The notes under the pieces are model-generated. The model was not told the DNA's origin. It saw only the letters and a list, made by a program, of their open reading frames with translations, and did no database searches. Made by a program: the position numbers and the translations under genes. A stretch of 62,972 bases of DNA, counting the filler, from Asterionella formosa (taxonomy: Eukaryota), in assembly GCA_002256025.1 (NCBI GenBank). It is 14 parts of 14 records of this genome, joined end to end, with 100 filler letters (N's around TTAATTAATTAA, not from the genome) between each part and the next. Parts side by side here need not be neighbours in the genome. Positions count along the whole stretch, not along the records: positions 16,854 to 33,596 come from NKIB01004748.1; positions 33,697 to 34,737 come from NKIB01004754.1; positions 34,838 to 35,878 come from NKIB01004755.1; positions 35,979 to 37,022 come from NKIB01004756.1; 10 more parts are not named here. The stretch is one strand, 5' to 3'. Numbering within the stretch: the stretch's first letter is position 1; each line of letters starts with the position of its first letter. Positions 24,617 through 36,935 of the stretch are shown here, one piece after another.

Positions 24617-27600
24617 TTAATTTACTATGATCATTAACAGCTAATAGTAAGATCGTTTTACATCAAGTTTTGTACAACAGCTTTAGTATAAGCAAGGTTA
24701 TCTATTCTTGTTGCTAAACGTATGATTTCATGTAAGCACATTCACGATTAATTGTACCCAAAAATACGTTCTATAACTGAAGCATCATCATGGTATTCAT
24801 TCTTCGCATTCTAACCCTAACCCTTTTTCATGTATATGTCATTTTCATGATGGGGCTTAATTATATCAATAACTATTTCTCCGTACTGAATTGTCGTACA
24901 ACCTAAATTGATATTCTATATGTATTAGTTGGTCGTGGTGAATAATGAACTCGTCATACAGCATAAAATATATTCAAATTCAGTACGGGTAGTAATGTTG
25001 GTAATATCACGTATTGAAATTTTTCTAGCCTAAATGAAATCATGCAACATTGGATAAAATCGAATTAATTACGGGTAATATAGCTAGGTGATATTCAGAT
25101 GTATTTGTACGATGAAGGCAAGCAAAATTCTCGGTTGTCAAATTTTTTGGCCCCCAATTCAGCTTTCCAATTTGGAAAATTTTCTGCTCCAGTATGTACC
25201 GCTGCATATGAAACCCGGTTGATACTACCGGTACTTGCTTGGCAAGTCATACATGTGCCAACAGGAAGGAGTGTCCCAGTTTTGGGGGTGCCGGTAGTAA
25301 CTCAATTTCCTTCTGTTGTGATGTAGGCAGCAGGTACAAATGAATTAAGGACAATGTTGGTTTTTTCAGTTTAAGCAAAATGTTGTTTTACTAAGTAGAG
25401 TCCATTTACTTAAACTAAAATATTCCTTGAATACTTTAAACCAAATTATAATTTGTCAGAACCTGCCTGTTTTGTCCTAATTATCTGAATTTATCTAGTT
25501 TTTTCCAGTCGTCTCAATGCGGCCTGAGAGCGCAAGCCGTTAGAAGTTTCATACTTTGATTTCTTAATGGCTGTCAAGTCAGGAAATATTTGTCGATTTT
25601 GGGAATGAGTACACGAAGAAGCAAAGTTACCACAACTTGCAGGTCTGGACATCATGAGCTCTCAGATAACAGATATATTTAAATTGTTTTGCTGCAAAGC
25701 ACCAGACAATCACAGAGGCCTGTAGATAGATTTCGATGCAAATACCTTATTTGGTGGCTCTCAGGACGACATCACATCAGCCAGGAACCCAACATTCCTC
25801 AGCTCAACCAATCCTAGAGAGACCACACAGTATTTGAAGGCAGTCAAATTATAACAAGCCAACATGGGCAGTCTGTAGAACTGCTGCCACCCTCTTCATT
25901 CACCATGTATGTTTTGGACACTGCCATTCCCTCAAAGTCATCCTCCCTTCTTCTTTTTCTTCCATATCCACTTGCTCTGCTCAACTTGCTGATCCTTCCA
26001 AAGTAAAAATCTGCCAAGTCCGCCCTTCCCTCCTGAGAAAACACATTTCGCCCACTATGCACACTGCTCACAGGGCTTTATTCAAATGAAGACATGTTCC
26101 TCCTCCCACCACGACTTTTCCCTACCTTTCTACACTTCTTCAGAACTTTTAAAAACGCAAGAAACTGTTCCCTTTTACTGCCGTTCAATCATCTTGCCAT
26201 CAGGCACCAATGACAGGAACATCATTTTGCTCTGCTCCTTCTACTGCGTCAGCATCTCAAGTATTTCCTTTCTTAACTCTGAATCTAGTACCATCAGATT
26301 CTTCATTTCATCATGAATCACCATTTTGTCACCAAGTTCAATGACAGACCTCATCCTTTCCAGCAATATTGTCCTTCTGCCCTGTGTTTCAGAAAACTCC
26401 ATAATCTGCCTTGCATCAGCTTCCCATTATTTTCAGTTATCAATTCATTACCATTCATCTGAACATTAATACCTTCTTGATATACTCATTCTTAGTATCC
26501 AAGATGTTCTTCTGTCTCTCTTTCTCCTGAGACTTTGCATCAAATATCTATTACGGTTTTTCTCCTCTATTACTGACTGCTTCGCTTCCTTCCTATCTCA
26601 ATTATGACAACATCTTTCTCTCTCTCTCTCTCTTGATCCACCTTACTCTAAATGCCACATGGGCTCCTTGCCTGGCTCACACCTAATACAGTTACAAAAT
26701 CTGCTCCATAACCCAAAAAGCCACATGGCCTCCTTACCCAGCTTCACTGTCCTACATTTTTAATCCTGGCCCTCTTGGTTGCAGTACAACCAACGAACTC
26801 CACCATAGTTGAGGCTCCCCCCTCCCTGGTGCGTGTTACAGGACGATGTGGTTTTGGGCAAGCCCATATGCCCTGGTAGTGACAATAGGTGTATCGTGGG
26901 TTGCATACGCCTATCTGGAGGTGTGCGATTGTGTTGCCAACATGGCTGTTGGGTTGGTAATGATGCATGTGGTACCATTCACGCCGGTTTTGTGGTGGTG
27001 GATGGCGTTCACAAAATGATGCATGTGGTCATATTTTTATAACATAAAAGGTAACATAAAATGAACAGAGCTGATGATGTGAGTGCTGCCGGTTGACATG
27101 CCACATGGTGACAGGGACGATGATCTGTTGGAGCAGTTGGATGTCATGCTTTCCCATGTGCAGCATGATTCGGAATGGAAAAGGGAGTTGTTGTGTCGTG
27201 AGATTGAGGGGCCAATGATTTTTGCTGACATTTCCTTAGTATGTTTTCTTACATTTCTTGAAATTTACTTGCTTTTCCTTAAGATCATAGTCATATGCGG
27301 TGTGTTCTCGTGTTTGCCGGTAGAAGAATTCTGCTAAATTATTTCGCTTAATCGTGATCTGAATAGAAGACGTTCTTTATGTAAGATTCAATGAGTCCCT
27401 GTCCGGCGACTTGTTTATAAAACTTGTGATCAAATATCATGTTAGGAATATCTGCCATTCCTGAGCACGATCAATAATACTTGTATGCATGTACAGCAAA
27501 ACTACCGCAACTTGCGCTATATGGGTCCGAGAGAATTGATAAGCTGAGTTCTTCACTAATTACAACATCAAATATGTTGAAGAATTCCTTAACATGTACT

Positions 27601-27744
27601 TAATTATACATTTATAAATATATATATATATATAAATGTTTTCAGAACAATTGTTCATTATCTTTTTGATGAGATCAATCCTTGCAGTTTTCATATAAAG
27701 GACCAAGTTGGGTGCATGAACTCTATCAATGCAATGATCATTCC

Positions 27745-28527
27745 TTACACTTTGGTAACATTACCAACCTTTCGTACACTCTTGCCAACAAATGCCTTGG
27801 CAACTTGCTCCGATTTGAATTTTCTCAATTCTTCCTCCAACTTGGCGATGGTAAAATCCTTTTCCAAAAGTTGATTCTTGTGTCTTCTATCCATATTCAT
27901 CATTTGCTCTGACAATGTCGTCAATTCGTTCATAAACTCTCGTTCCATGTCGGCTCTACCTTCCAACATTTTCAGATAATCCTTTTTAATTCCTTCCATT
28001 TGAGCTTCTCCTGCCTGTTCAATCTTTTCCCTTTCCCGTTCCATGTCAGTTACAGCATTAACCAAATCACATTTAGATGCAGTCGCACGACGAAGTTGAC
28101 TTGTCAATTGTAACAATTGTTCATCTTTAAGTGTCAACATGCCCTTGAGATTCTTCACTTCTTCCGTCAATTCTTGTTGACAAAGGCGAATATTGGCCAT
28201 CATTAACAAATTTTCCGTCCCAGCGCTATCATCGTCCTCTTTTTCTTCTTCATCAGAGGACGTATACACGGAGTCTTCAGTCATACTAGAATCTTCAGAC
28301 GCAACATCATCATGTTTAATCGAAAGACCAACAAAAGTAGCAGGAGTATCAATAGACCGCGCATCTCCATTGTTTTGTGGTGATTGCTGCACATCACGTT
28401 CTTCATCTTGTACATTTGGGGGTGTTTTTGCCTTTTCCCGCACAACCATTGCTTTCGTCATTACGTTGGTATCATGTTCGAGTTCCTTGGCAACGGATGC
28501 AAGGTTGTAGGTCGGCGAGTGTTCCAT
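27745..28527 (-). CDS. hypothetical coiled-coil protein with acidic N-terminal region
   Basis: 260-aa ORF from ATG 28527 with an E/K/L-rich heptad-like C-terminal half. Confidence 0.75.
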   Translation of the reverse strand: MEHSPTYNLASVAKELEHDTNVMTKAMVVREKAKTPPNVQDEERDVQQSPQNNGDARSIDTPATFVGLSIKHDDVASEDSSMTEDSVYTSSDEEEKEDDDSAGTENLLMMANIRLCQQELTEEVKNLKGMLTLKDEQLLQLTSQLRRATASKCDLVNAVTDMEREREKIEQAGEAQMEGIKKDYLKMLEGRADMEREFMNELTTLSEQMMNMDRRHKNQLLEKDFTIAKLEEELRKFKSEQVAKAFVGKSVRKVGNVTKV

Positions 28528-29549
28528 TTTTGCTAGTTGGTTGGATAAAAGTTTATTTGTTTTGTATATTATTGTGATATATGTGTTGTATACCCTCGAC
28601 AAGAAGTCAACAAATAGAGTTGGGCAATAAAAAGTGAGGATACGGTTTGCGTTTCATGTTGGTCTCAAATCCCGACATGTTTTAATGCCAAATTAATGGA
28701 GTCAACGCATTGTAATTTTTGGTCGTCCTGTGACATACCGGATATTTTCCATAGTCCGGTACCAGGTAATGCACATTTTACGACAGGGGTGGTCAATTCT
28801 ACAAATCTATCGTGAATCGTGACAACCGGTAATATCTTGATTTGTACTGCCTATATCTAACCTACACGATAATATAAAATGTTAGAATCTCCTCCTATGT
28901 TATACAACATAGCCCTATATATATTTAATCTACAGATCTTTATCTTTCGTATCTATTTTTCTTGCATAGAAGTACTTTTGGTAGACATGACTCATTTGTC
29001 AACACGACGCAGTCTTGAATTCAAAATAAATTAGTTCATGCGTTAGGATGTTTGGAAAGCTCGGGCCTCAAACACTTGTTTTCCTGCGCGGGCATTTCGC
29101 GTGATCATTCATTTTTGTCTTCCTGTCCGCACACCGTATCACATCCGGATTTCCATCGAGGACGGAGATGACGACGAGGGGAGGACGAAGCCAAAATATA
29201 TCATTTACACTCCACTCCCGTACCTTGTTTTTTTGGTGTCTCGAATTGTTCGAACTACATATGGTGGCACCTACCGGTACATATCATCATTTACCGCCCT
29301 GGTTACTGATGGTATAAGTTTGTACGAAGAAACTCGAGCCATAGATGAGATACCGGTAGTATGGTACCAGCACCAGGTACCTGGAACTGGTACCAGGTAC
29401 ATAACATCATGATGGCGGAGAACGACGAAGAGAGGAAAAGAGAAGTAGATAGTATTTTAATTCGCACCATCAATATATTCATCAATTACTATAAGCTGAT
29501 TCATCCTTCCATTCCATTCCATTCCATTGCATTGAATTGAATTGTTACC

Positions 29550-30060
29550 ATGTTTTCTCGCACTCGTGTACGTTTACTATCATTCTTAGTCCCATGCCGT
29601 TAGTATCGTGTGGTATCGTCGTGTCGTGATACACAACAAGAGAAGGAAAAGGTCAAACGGAGAACAGTCTGGTTGTTCTACAACATACAAAATTGCATCT
29701 GATGGTTCCAGTCCGTCTGACACTCACTTGTGTTTCTCCTTCAACTCACACTGTACACCTCAGATTCTTGCCCGAACACTCACGCCTTTTGGAGATCGCG
29801 TCTTGGTGAAACGTGTGGAAGCACAAGTAACAACAGCAGGAGGATTGTATTTACCAACCACCAATGTGAAGGATCCTAATGAAGGGACTGTAATGGCTGT
29901 TGGTCCAGGAGAACGTGACGTGACAGGGACCCTTCATGCACCAAATGTGTCTGTTGGCGACAAAGTCTTGCTTCCTGAATACGGTGGATCTAAAATCAAA
30001 ATTGGTGATGACGAGCTGTTTCTCTTCCGAGAAGGAGATATTTTAGGAAAGTTCGAGTAA
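29550..30060 (+). CDS. HSP10: 10 kDa chaperonin, probably mitochondrial; exons 29550-29567 and 29764-30060
   Basis: PFGDRVLV, TAGGLYLP, AVGPG, VGDKVLLPEYGG, DILG. A 196-bp GTACGT...CAG intron gives MFSRTR|ILARTLTPFGDRV. Confidence 0.95.
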
Positions 30061-30159
30061 ACGGATGGTACTCTACACGGTGAAAGTTGGCGAGTTTCAG
30101 AGACACCAATCCTAGTTATGTAGGAGAGAAACACTTTAGGGATAGTTTTACTAACTTAC

Positions 30160-31053
30160 TTACTTTTGAGCAGTATCGTCGTTTACATGCTTATGATTAC
30201 CCCCGATCCATCCTCGTTCCTTGGCATGAGCAAACATGCGTTTGATTTCCTCTCGCTCGTCGTGCGTAACATCGGGATGCCACAGGTCCATCAAGAATAT
30301 CACTCGTTCTTCATTGGTATGATTCCATACTTCATGATTGTAACTATCATCTAATACCATGGCCTTTCCACTATTCCATGATTGTGTAACAGGACCAACT
30401 CGAATACCGACGCCCTGTTCTGTTGGGACGATGAGTGGTAAATGTAATCTCAATCGAAAATTCAAAGGTGATGTATGAGCCGCAATGGTCGAATTTCCGT
30501 GCAAGTTACTTATAAAGGCAAATCCAAAAGGTATTCCTTGTAACAAATGACCTTGTTCCAACAATGGCTGTAGTATGGAGCATGTCTTTGGAAAGTGTGT
30601 GGAAAATTCGTTTTGGAGGATACCATGCATCATGTACGAGTACCAATCCCATGTCCCTGAATGCAGCGAGGAGGCATGTTCAGAGCCCGTGGCGTAATCG
30701 GAAATGAGTAGCTCCTTCGCGACCAAGTATTCACTTTGAATGGTTGCCACATGTGATTCCATATATTGGCAAATGAACGAAATGGCAGGATCTTGATAGG
30801 CGATTCGATTGCTAGTTCCATCCCACGACGTCCAAAATGGGAGGGATCGTAGTCCTGGAAGCATCATTAGAGATGGACAGGATCGGAAATGGCTAGTATG
30901 AAGAATCGATGGACCTTGCAAGACATTTGCCATGATGGTTGGATCGATACTAGATACATCAGAAGTGCTACTGGTAGTACCGGTAGTGCTCAAGCGCCGC
31001 CGAAGGACCATTCGTCGGCACATTTTTGTACTGGCTGCCATCAAACGAGGCAT
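30160..31053 (-). CDS. aspartyl/asparaginyl beta-hydroxylase-domain 2OG-Fe(II) oxygenase
   Basis: AHTSPLNFRLRLHLPL, DDSYNHEVWN, RVIFLMDLWHP and an Arg-rich presequence-like N-terminus. Confidence 0.88.
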   Translation of the reverse strand: MPRLMAASTKMCRRMVLRRRLSTTGTTSSTSDVSSIDPTIMANVLQGPSILHTSHFRSCPSLMMLPGLRSLPFWTSWDGTSNRIAYQDPAISFICQYMESHVATIQSEYLVAKELLISDYATGSEHASSLHSGTWDWYSYMMHGILQNEFSTHFPKTCSILQPLLEQGHLLQGIPFGFAFISNLHGNSTIAAHTSPLNFRLRLHLPLIVPTEQGVGIRVGPVTQSWNSGKAMVLDDSYNHEVWNHTNEERVIFLMDLWHPDVTHDEREEIKRMFAHAKERGWIGGNHKHVNDDTAQK

Positions 31054-31812
31054 TCTTGTTCAAGGTTTTTTGGCTTGCTTTCGTTGCAGAGCGAGTTCTA
31101 TAAATTCGGTCGTGTTGAAATGGCTGAACGATGGCTTGGAGATGAGGAAAATGGAGGGTAAGCACAACGCAACCGATTCTTTGTATTTTACTGACTTACC
31201 GGTATTACTACCGGTACCGGTATACCATTGTTACCGACACGAAAAATAATGGATTCCTTTGCGACTAATTTTAATACCATAGGTACTGGCTCGTTAATAG
31301 CCTTCATACCACGGGTGACACAACGTTATTTGTATACAGCACCGGTATCTATGTAGTTACACCTAGCAAGCTATCATTAAATGAACGTACCGGTACTACA
31401 ATACTACATAGCCTACAGTACCCATGCTAAACGGTAATACCCATAGCTCAAAAAGTAATGTAAAACCAAAAATAAAGTAGAGGGATCTTGCATTATTCTT
31501 AATGCCTCAACCTATGCTATAACTACCGGAAAATAGCATTTATAGGCTTGTTCATTGGATTTCATCAAGAATAGCCAAGCACAAGTTACCTCCCAGATTA
31601 CCCTTATTATGTATATTTCCTGTACTGTTCTTCCTTTAATGTGTAGAGGAAAGCATTCCAGTAATGATGAAATGACACTGACGGGTCACTTTCAAAAAAT
31701 GCAGCTAGACCATTAGTTTCATACATGTCATTTAAAAAGACTACATGCAGTTTACTATACCTCCCTGAAAGCTGGTTCTCCTGAGCAATCATTCAACGAT
31801 TTGGCGGTGGCT

Positions 31813-32766
31813 TCATCCTCCATAAAATGATGAGAACACGCTTTCATCAGGCGTATCCACCATACTAACATCACAATTGAGATAATTTCCCAGCTCTTCC
31901 AATTCAGCCTTGATTTTATCAGCACTGAATTCCTTGGCCAAAGGTTCTGGTGCAGTGGCAGTTCCTTCCATTAAAAAGAGGGTCGTCCCACCATGTGGTG
32001 CACCCTCTTGAGACGTTCGGACCTTTTCAATAGATAATCCATGTTTGGCCAATACAGATGTCACTTTGTGAACAATACCAGGATTATCTGCGCCACTTAC
32101 AGTAAAGTAACCAGAATCTGAACAAACAAACATTTGTGTCAGCAGCCACATTACATACATGCATACAAACACACACACCACCGACACTTACATCCAATTG
32201 CTGGAACAACGACAGTACCATTTGGATTTTCAGTTTCAAAGACACTTGCATTCATAGTTTTCATTCCCGTCAAGGACGTTTTAAGGGTATCCAAGGCTGC
32301 ATTGGGAACACTAATTTGCATCATTAATGAAAAATGGCTTCCAAGTCGAGCAGCTTGACTGGCTCCAACATTCCCACCCACATCTGTAACATATTTCGTA
32401 AGTTCCGAAACAATACCAGGACGATCAGCTCCTACAGCATTCACAATCAAGTACGTTTGGTCAGTAGAAAAGGCTCGAATGAAAAGGGACTTTTTGAGAA
32501 AAGAAAAGAAGTCGGGTTAGACAAAGCATCCTTCTTGGACTTTCATCCAACATGAAGAAATGTAAGGACGAATCCTTTTTATAAAAGTACGGTAGGGTAT
32601 GTGATGGTGACGCCTTGTAGAATAGATGTTTGGAATCAAACGCGTACTTGACACTCAACCAAAAACAAGTCCAACGCATGATTTGTGACAACTCGAAAGC
32701 ACTTTCACCACATACCTTATTACCACCAATAAGGGCTCGACGTGCCATATTGGTAGATAGCAACAT
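31813..32766 (-). CDS. tandem ACT-domain protein (GcvR/ACR-like); exons 32766-32716, 32489-32192, 32117-31813
   Basis: Two ACT motifs (VGADRPGIVSELT, SGADNPGIVHKVT) and APHGGTTLF. In-frame GT-AG introns of 226 and 74 bp, the first with a CTAAC branch site. Confidence 0.88.
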
Positions 32767-33696
32767 TGTATATGACGGATAAATCAATAACACTGTAAGA
32801 TCTTTTGATCGTTTGTATTTGTGTTTGAGTTGATGTTCGTTTCGTCGAAGAACACATCACAAAAATCTTGAGTACTGTACCCTGGGACCTATAATTTTAA
32901 AGCGAACCCTGCAATATAGCTAATATGTGGTGAGCGAAGTATTTCCAACATGATACATACGTATGCAAGATCATAATTGGTTGATCTTGATTTTTGCTAC
33001 CAGTATACCGTATATGTATATGTAACTCCCCCAACTGGTTTGAGTTCTTCGTCTGCTGACTTCAACATGACACCCAGCATATGACATGTAACTGTATTCA
33101 CATCATACATCTCTCTGGAATAACTACCGGTACATGCAGCACACTGGTACCTGGTACCTGGTACCAGGTACCTGGTCCCTTGTACATGGTACCAGGCAGA
33201 CTAGGGTACCGAATTACCTGGTACCTGGTACCAGGTACCCGTACTCTACATAGACTACTCTTTTCGGAGTACAGTACCGGTACCAGGTACCTGGTATAGA
33301 GTATAGAGGATACCAGCATACTGGTACATGTTGTCTGAACCTAATAAGTATGATAAAATTTTCGTTCATACCGGGTACTTGTGTTGAAATATATGGCGCT
33401 ACTCTAGCGCGCTCCAGTACTGCCCTGGAATGACAGGTCAAGATCTTTCTCACGCCGCTCGTCTGCAGATTCTTCTGCTATATAAATCCTGTCTATTTCC
33501 GTTTAGACATTCCTCAGACTACCTAGTCTTCGGACACCTGTCGACATCAACAGCCTAACAGACACACTCTGACACCCTCCCCTGTTGATGCTCGACNNNN
33601 NNNNNNNNNNNNNNNNNNNNNNNNNNNNNNNNNNNNNNNNTTAATTAATTAANNNNNNNNNNNNNNNNNNNNNNNNNNNNNNNNNNNNNNNNNNNN

Positions 33697-33919
33697 TCAT
33701 GCAAGAGAGGAAGATAATGTGTTTGAAGTCTGGATTGAGTCATATGACGTGGAGCTGTTGCATTCCAAGAAGCGAGCGACGACAGGTACAAGCGGCTGGA
33801 CTGGACCTGCGGACTGTGATGACAAGCAAATTGATTATCTGGTGGATCGAGTTGGCTTTTTGATAAGTGATGACGCCCGATACAGTTACAAGTACGAATT
33901 GCAAATTGAAGGAGTTTAA
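33697..33919 (+). CDS. 3' fragment of a hypothetical protein
   Basis: Protein-like open frame from the contig start to TAA at 33919. Confidence 0.4.
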
Positions 33920-34581
33920 ATAAAGGAAGTTTCTATATAAAAAGTAGCAATTGAATATCAAACCTTGGTACGCCAGGCAGATGGAGTAAAACCATGGAAC
34001 ATAGGGCACTTGCCTTGGAGTAGATGATCTTGGCGAGTTGGTTGGACAAGTTCCACAATATCGTTGATATGGTACATATGTGTGCCATGTTGGTGAAATG
34101 TGGGTTTGATGATGACATGTTGATTGTGGTGAAATCCGAGATGATTTGTTGTTGTTGTTCTTGACAGTGTGGTCCCCTGGTACCAGGTACCAGAGTACCG
34201 TCTAGCTATCTATGTATGATATACTGGTAAATGATGCGTCCTATATCTACTGATTCTACGATGATAATAATTGGGTTTCTAGTGACTACATTCAAAGTAG
34301 TCAATATGGAATCCTACGTTTAGGTAACTTTGGGAAAAAAAAACCTAAACGTAATGCGTTTGGGTAACTTATTGGGATATGGGCACGGAATCCCCTAAAC
34401 GTAATGCGTTTGCGTTGGGTTTTTCACTCCCGTTAGCATCGTTTTTTAGGGTTACCGAAACCAAAACACTGTTTGGTTTGGGTTTTGGTCCACCGTTAGC
34501 AACGGCCTTAGCGGCTGAAATGAAATGAGCACTCAAAATCTGGTGAATAATTTTGTTCTTTAAATTAAATTAGCTGTAAGT

Positions 34582-34737
34582 GGGCGCAGTCTGACATTAA
34601 AAAATTATTATAACATAAGTAATATAGCACAAATCGTTGTACCCATAACCCCAAAATTTGTGTTTGTGTTGACCAAATTTTTTACAGTTATAAATAACAG
34701 TGCATTATGTAAGAAGATGCACAGGCATGAATGACTA
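34582..34737. mobile_element. terminal fragment of the 13447 Harbinger family
   Basis: Matches 13447-13675 with most of the internal hairpin deleted. Runs into the contig end. Confidence 0.75.
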
Positions 34738-36499
34738 NNNNNNNNNNNNNNNNNNNNNNNNNNNNNNNNNNNNNNNNNNNNTTAATTAATTAANNNNNNN
34801 NNNNNNNNNNNNNNNNNNNNNNNNNNNNNNNNNNNNNTATATGATGCAATGGTATTATAACTATGATAGTCTCATCATACTTCAAGCTCGGTAAAAGTTT
34901 ACTGCATGATCATAATTATATGATACATTGATCATATTTTTGATCGAAAAACTATCATATATGTGAAAATCCTGTGCCACTTAGCGTACAATACCCTTGA
35001 TCATATTTTCATGATATTTTTTATTTACAGACAATCCCAACACCGAGTTATACTTGAATAATGGTTGGACAATGAAAGATGTACTTGGCCTTCCGCTTTG
35101 GTGAGTTCATGCTCAATTTTCTGAGAATGAAGCAAATGATTCTGAATGGCCATACAATGAATCAAGTAAAATAACGAAAAAATGAGCAAAAACTCTAAAT
35201 ATTCTTTGCAGAACAAGCTGGTAGGTTTCTGTTAAATGGATTAGTGAACATCACTGCTCAAGAAAAGATCGACCCACTTGGAATGAGTTCTGGCCTGGAC
35301 AAGGAAAGCCCGTGTCCTCAGGATCTAGCTCAATAAAATTAGAGCATTGTTCTCTCCTTGGATAGCACCAAAGAATACGCTTTGGAAGCAAAGTTTCTCT
35401 AGTTGGCAACATTGAAAGCAATTTTTGTCACCTGACTGGACAATCAAGAATGTTACACTCTCATTTGGTACGATTTCTTGCAGGCGGTATGTAGTTTGAA
35501 TATTATCACAAAAAGAATGCATCATATCTCGTTTTGGTTTTTCTTCTGGAGGCTGCTCCTAATGCAGGTCGTCCCTTCCTCTCTTCGGGCTTCGCTCCAG
35601 TACTCCAGCCAGATTCGATTGTGTGAGATGGTTTTGACCATTGCTTTGCACGATACGCTATGAACTCTTGCTCAAATTTTTTGGAGAGGTGATATTGAAA
35701 AGTAAGACATTGAGCTCCTGCTTGTGTTCCGGCACTGAATGCAACCAAGCTGTTTCATGTCAGCATAGGTGAATCAATACCTTGACTGTGTGTTCATCAT
35801 CAATCTTGCACATGTCTGGAGATGCAAACATTTTTCACACATCTTTCCATGAGGTCCTTACACCAACTTTAATTTGATNNNNNNNNNNNNNNNNNNNNNN
35901 NNNNNNNNNNNNNNNNNNNNNNTTAATTAATTAANNNNNNNNNNNNNNNNNNNNNNNNNNNNNNNNNNNNNNNNNNNNTCAATGTACGTGACCATAATGC
36001 TGATGATAGGCAGTACAAGTGGAAAGTTAGGATCACCCAAATTCCCCTTGACACCTTCGCCACCTCTAAAATCCCTTTGGAGATCAATGAGATTATGACT
36101 TTCTTGTTCAAATCTTTTGGTAACGATTGGAATTCCGTTGTTACCAACCAAGCTCTATACGCAAATCAGCTCCAGAAGAAGCTTCATGGCAACTTCGTCA
36201 TTACCATTGAAGAGAGGAGGGAGAACTTGGAGAAGAAGTTCAAGCCCGTAGCTATGGTTGTTGTGGAGCAAAAAGAGTTTCCAACTCCTATTGCTTGTAT
36301 TCACTATCTGGTGACAAGTAACCATAACTCAACCCATGATTTGCACAAGTACAAAGGACGTGGAATGGATCAACTGCTGATCCAAGCTGCTACTCGTCTT
36401 CGTATCGATGAGGAGGCCTGGAACTGTGCGTACCCAGGATGTCCTTCCCAACATCAACCAGTTTTTGCGCAGGTACTGGGCAATGCGGTTGAGTGCATA

Positions 36500-36935
36500 T
36501 AAGACGCGAAATACGCCACTTTTCGAAATTTCGTCTACGTATGAGTGTTAATTATGTGGTACTTCACATGCATTAATGCCACTCTTCACGTAAAAAAGAT
36601 TACTTTTAACTGTTTTATGTGAAGTTTTAACTGTTTCATGTGAAGTTTTCACAATGAATTTTGAACGCGAGACTGAATTAGTTGATGTTTCAAATAATTC
36701 ATTTGACTTTTCGAAATTTCGTTTACGTACGAGTGTTAATTATGTGGTACTTCACATGCATTAATGCCACTCTTCACGTAAAAAGGTTACTTTTAACGGT
36801 TTCATGTGAAGTTTTAACGGTTTCATGTGAAGTTTTAACGGTTTCATGTGAAGTTTTAACTGTTTCATGTGAAGTTTTCACAATGAATTTTGAACGCGAG
36901 ACTGAATTAGTTGATGTTTCAAATAATTCATTTGA
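36500..36935. repeat. 167-bp satellite with variable numbers of a 21-bp subrepeat (GTTTTAACGGTTTCATGTGAA)
   Basis: Reverse complement of 1-230. The units carry 2 and 4 subrepeats versus 1 in the first contig. Confidence 0.88.

Noticed and set aside
23667..24620. piggyBac assignment for the TTAA-flanked element
   Set aside because: The termini begin GG rather than CC(C/T), and the related long copy carries a KolX-like ORF.
25500..27340. Coding-like degenerate tract (similar ones at 6300-7110, 35030-35878 and 37123-37600)
   Set aside because: Stop-riddled and no family motif could be recognised. Probably old TE sequence, but not supportable.
33081..33453. ORFs rich in VPGT/YQVP/TWY
   Set aside because: Translations of the GGTACC/CCTGG palindrome arrays, not proteins.
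36790..36880. CRISPR-like array (21-bp repeats; also the 112-bp and 98-bp repeats)
   Set aside because: Head-to-tail repeats with no unique spacers, no cas genes and a eukaryotic context.
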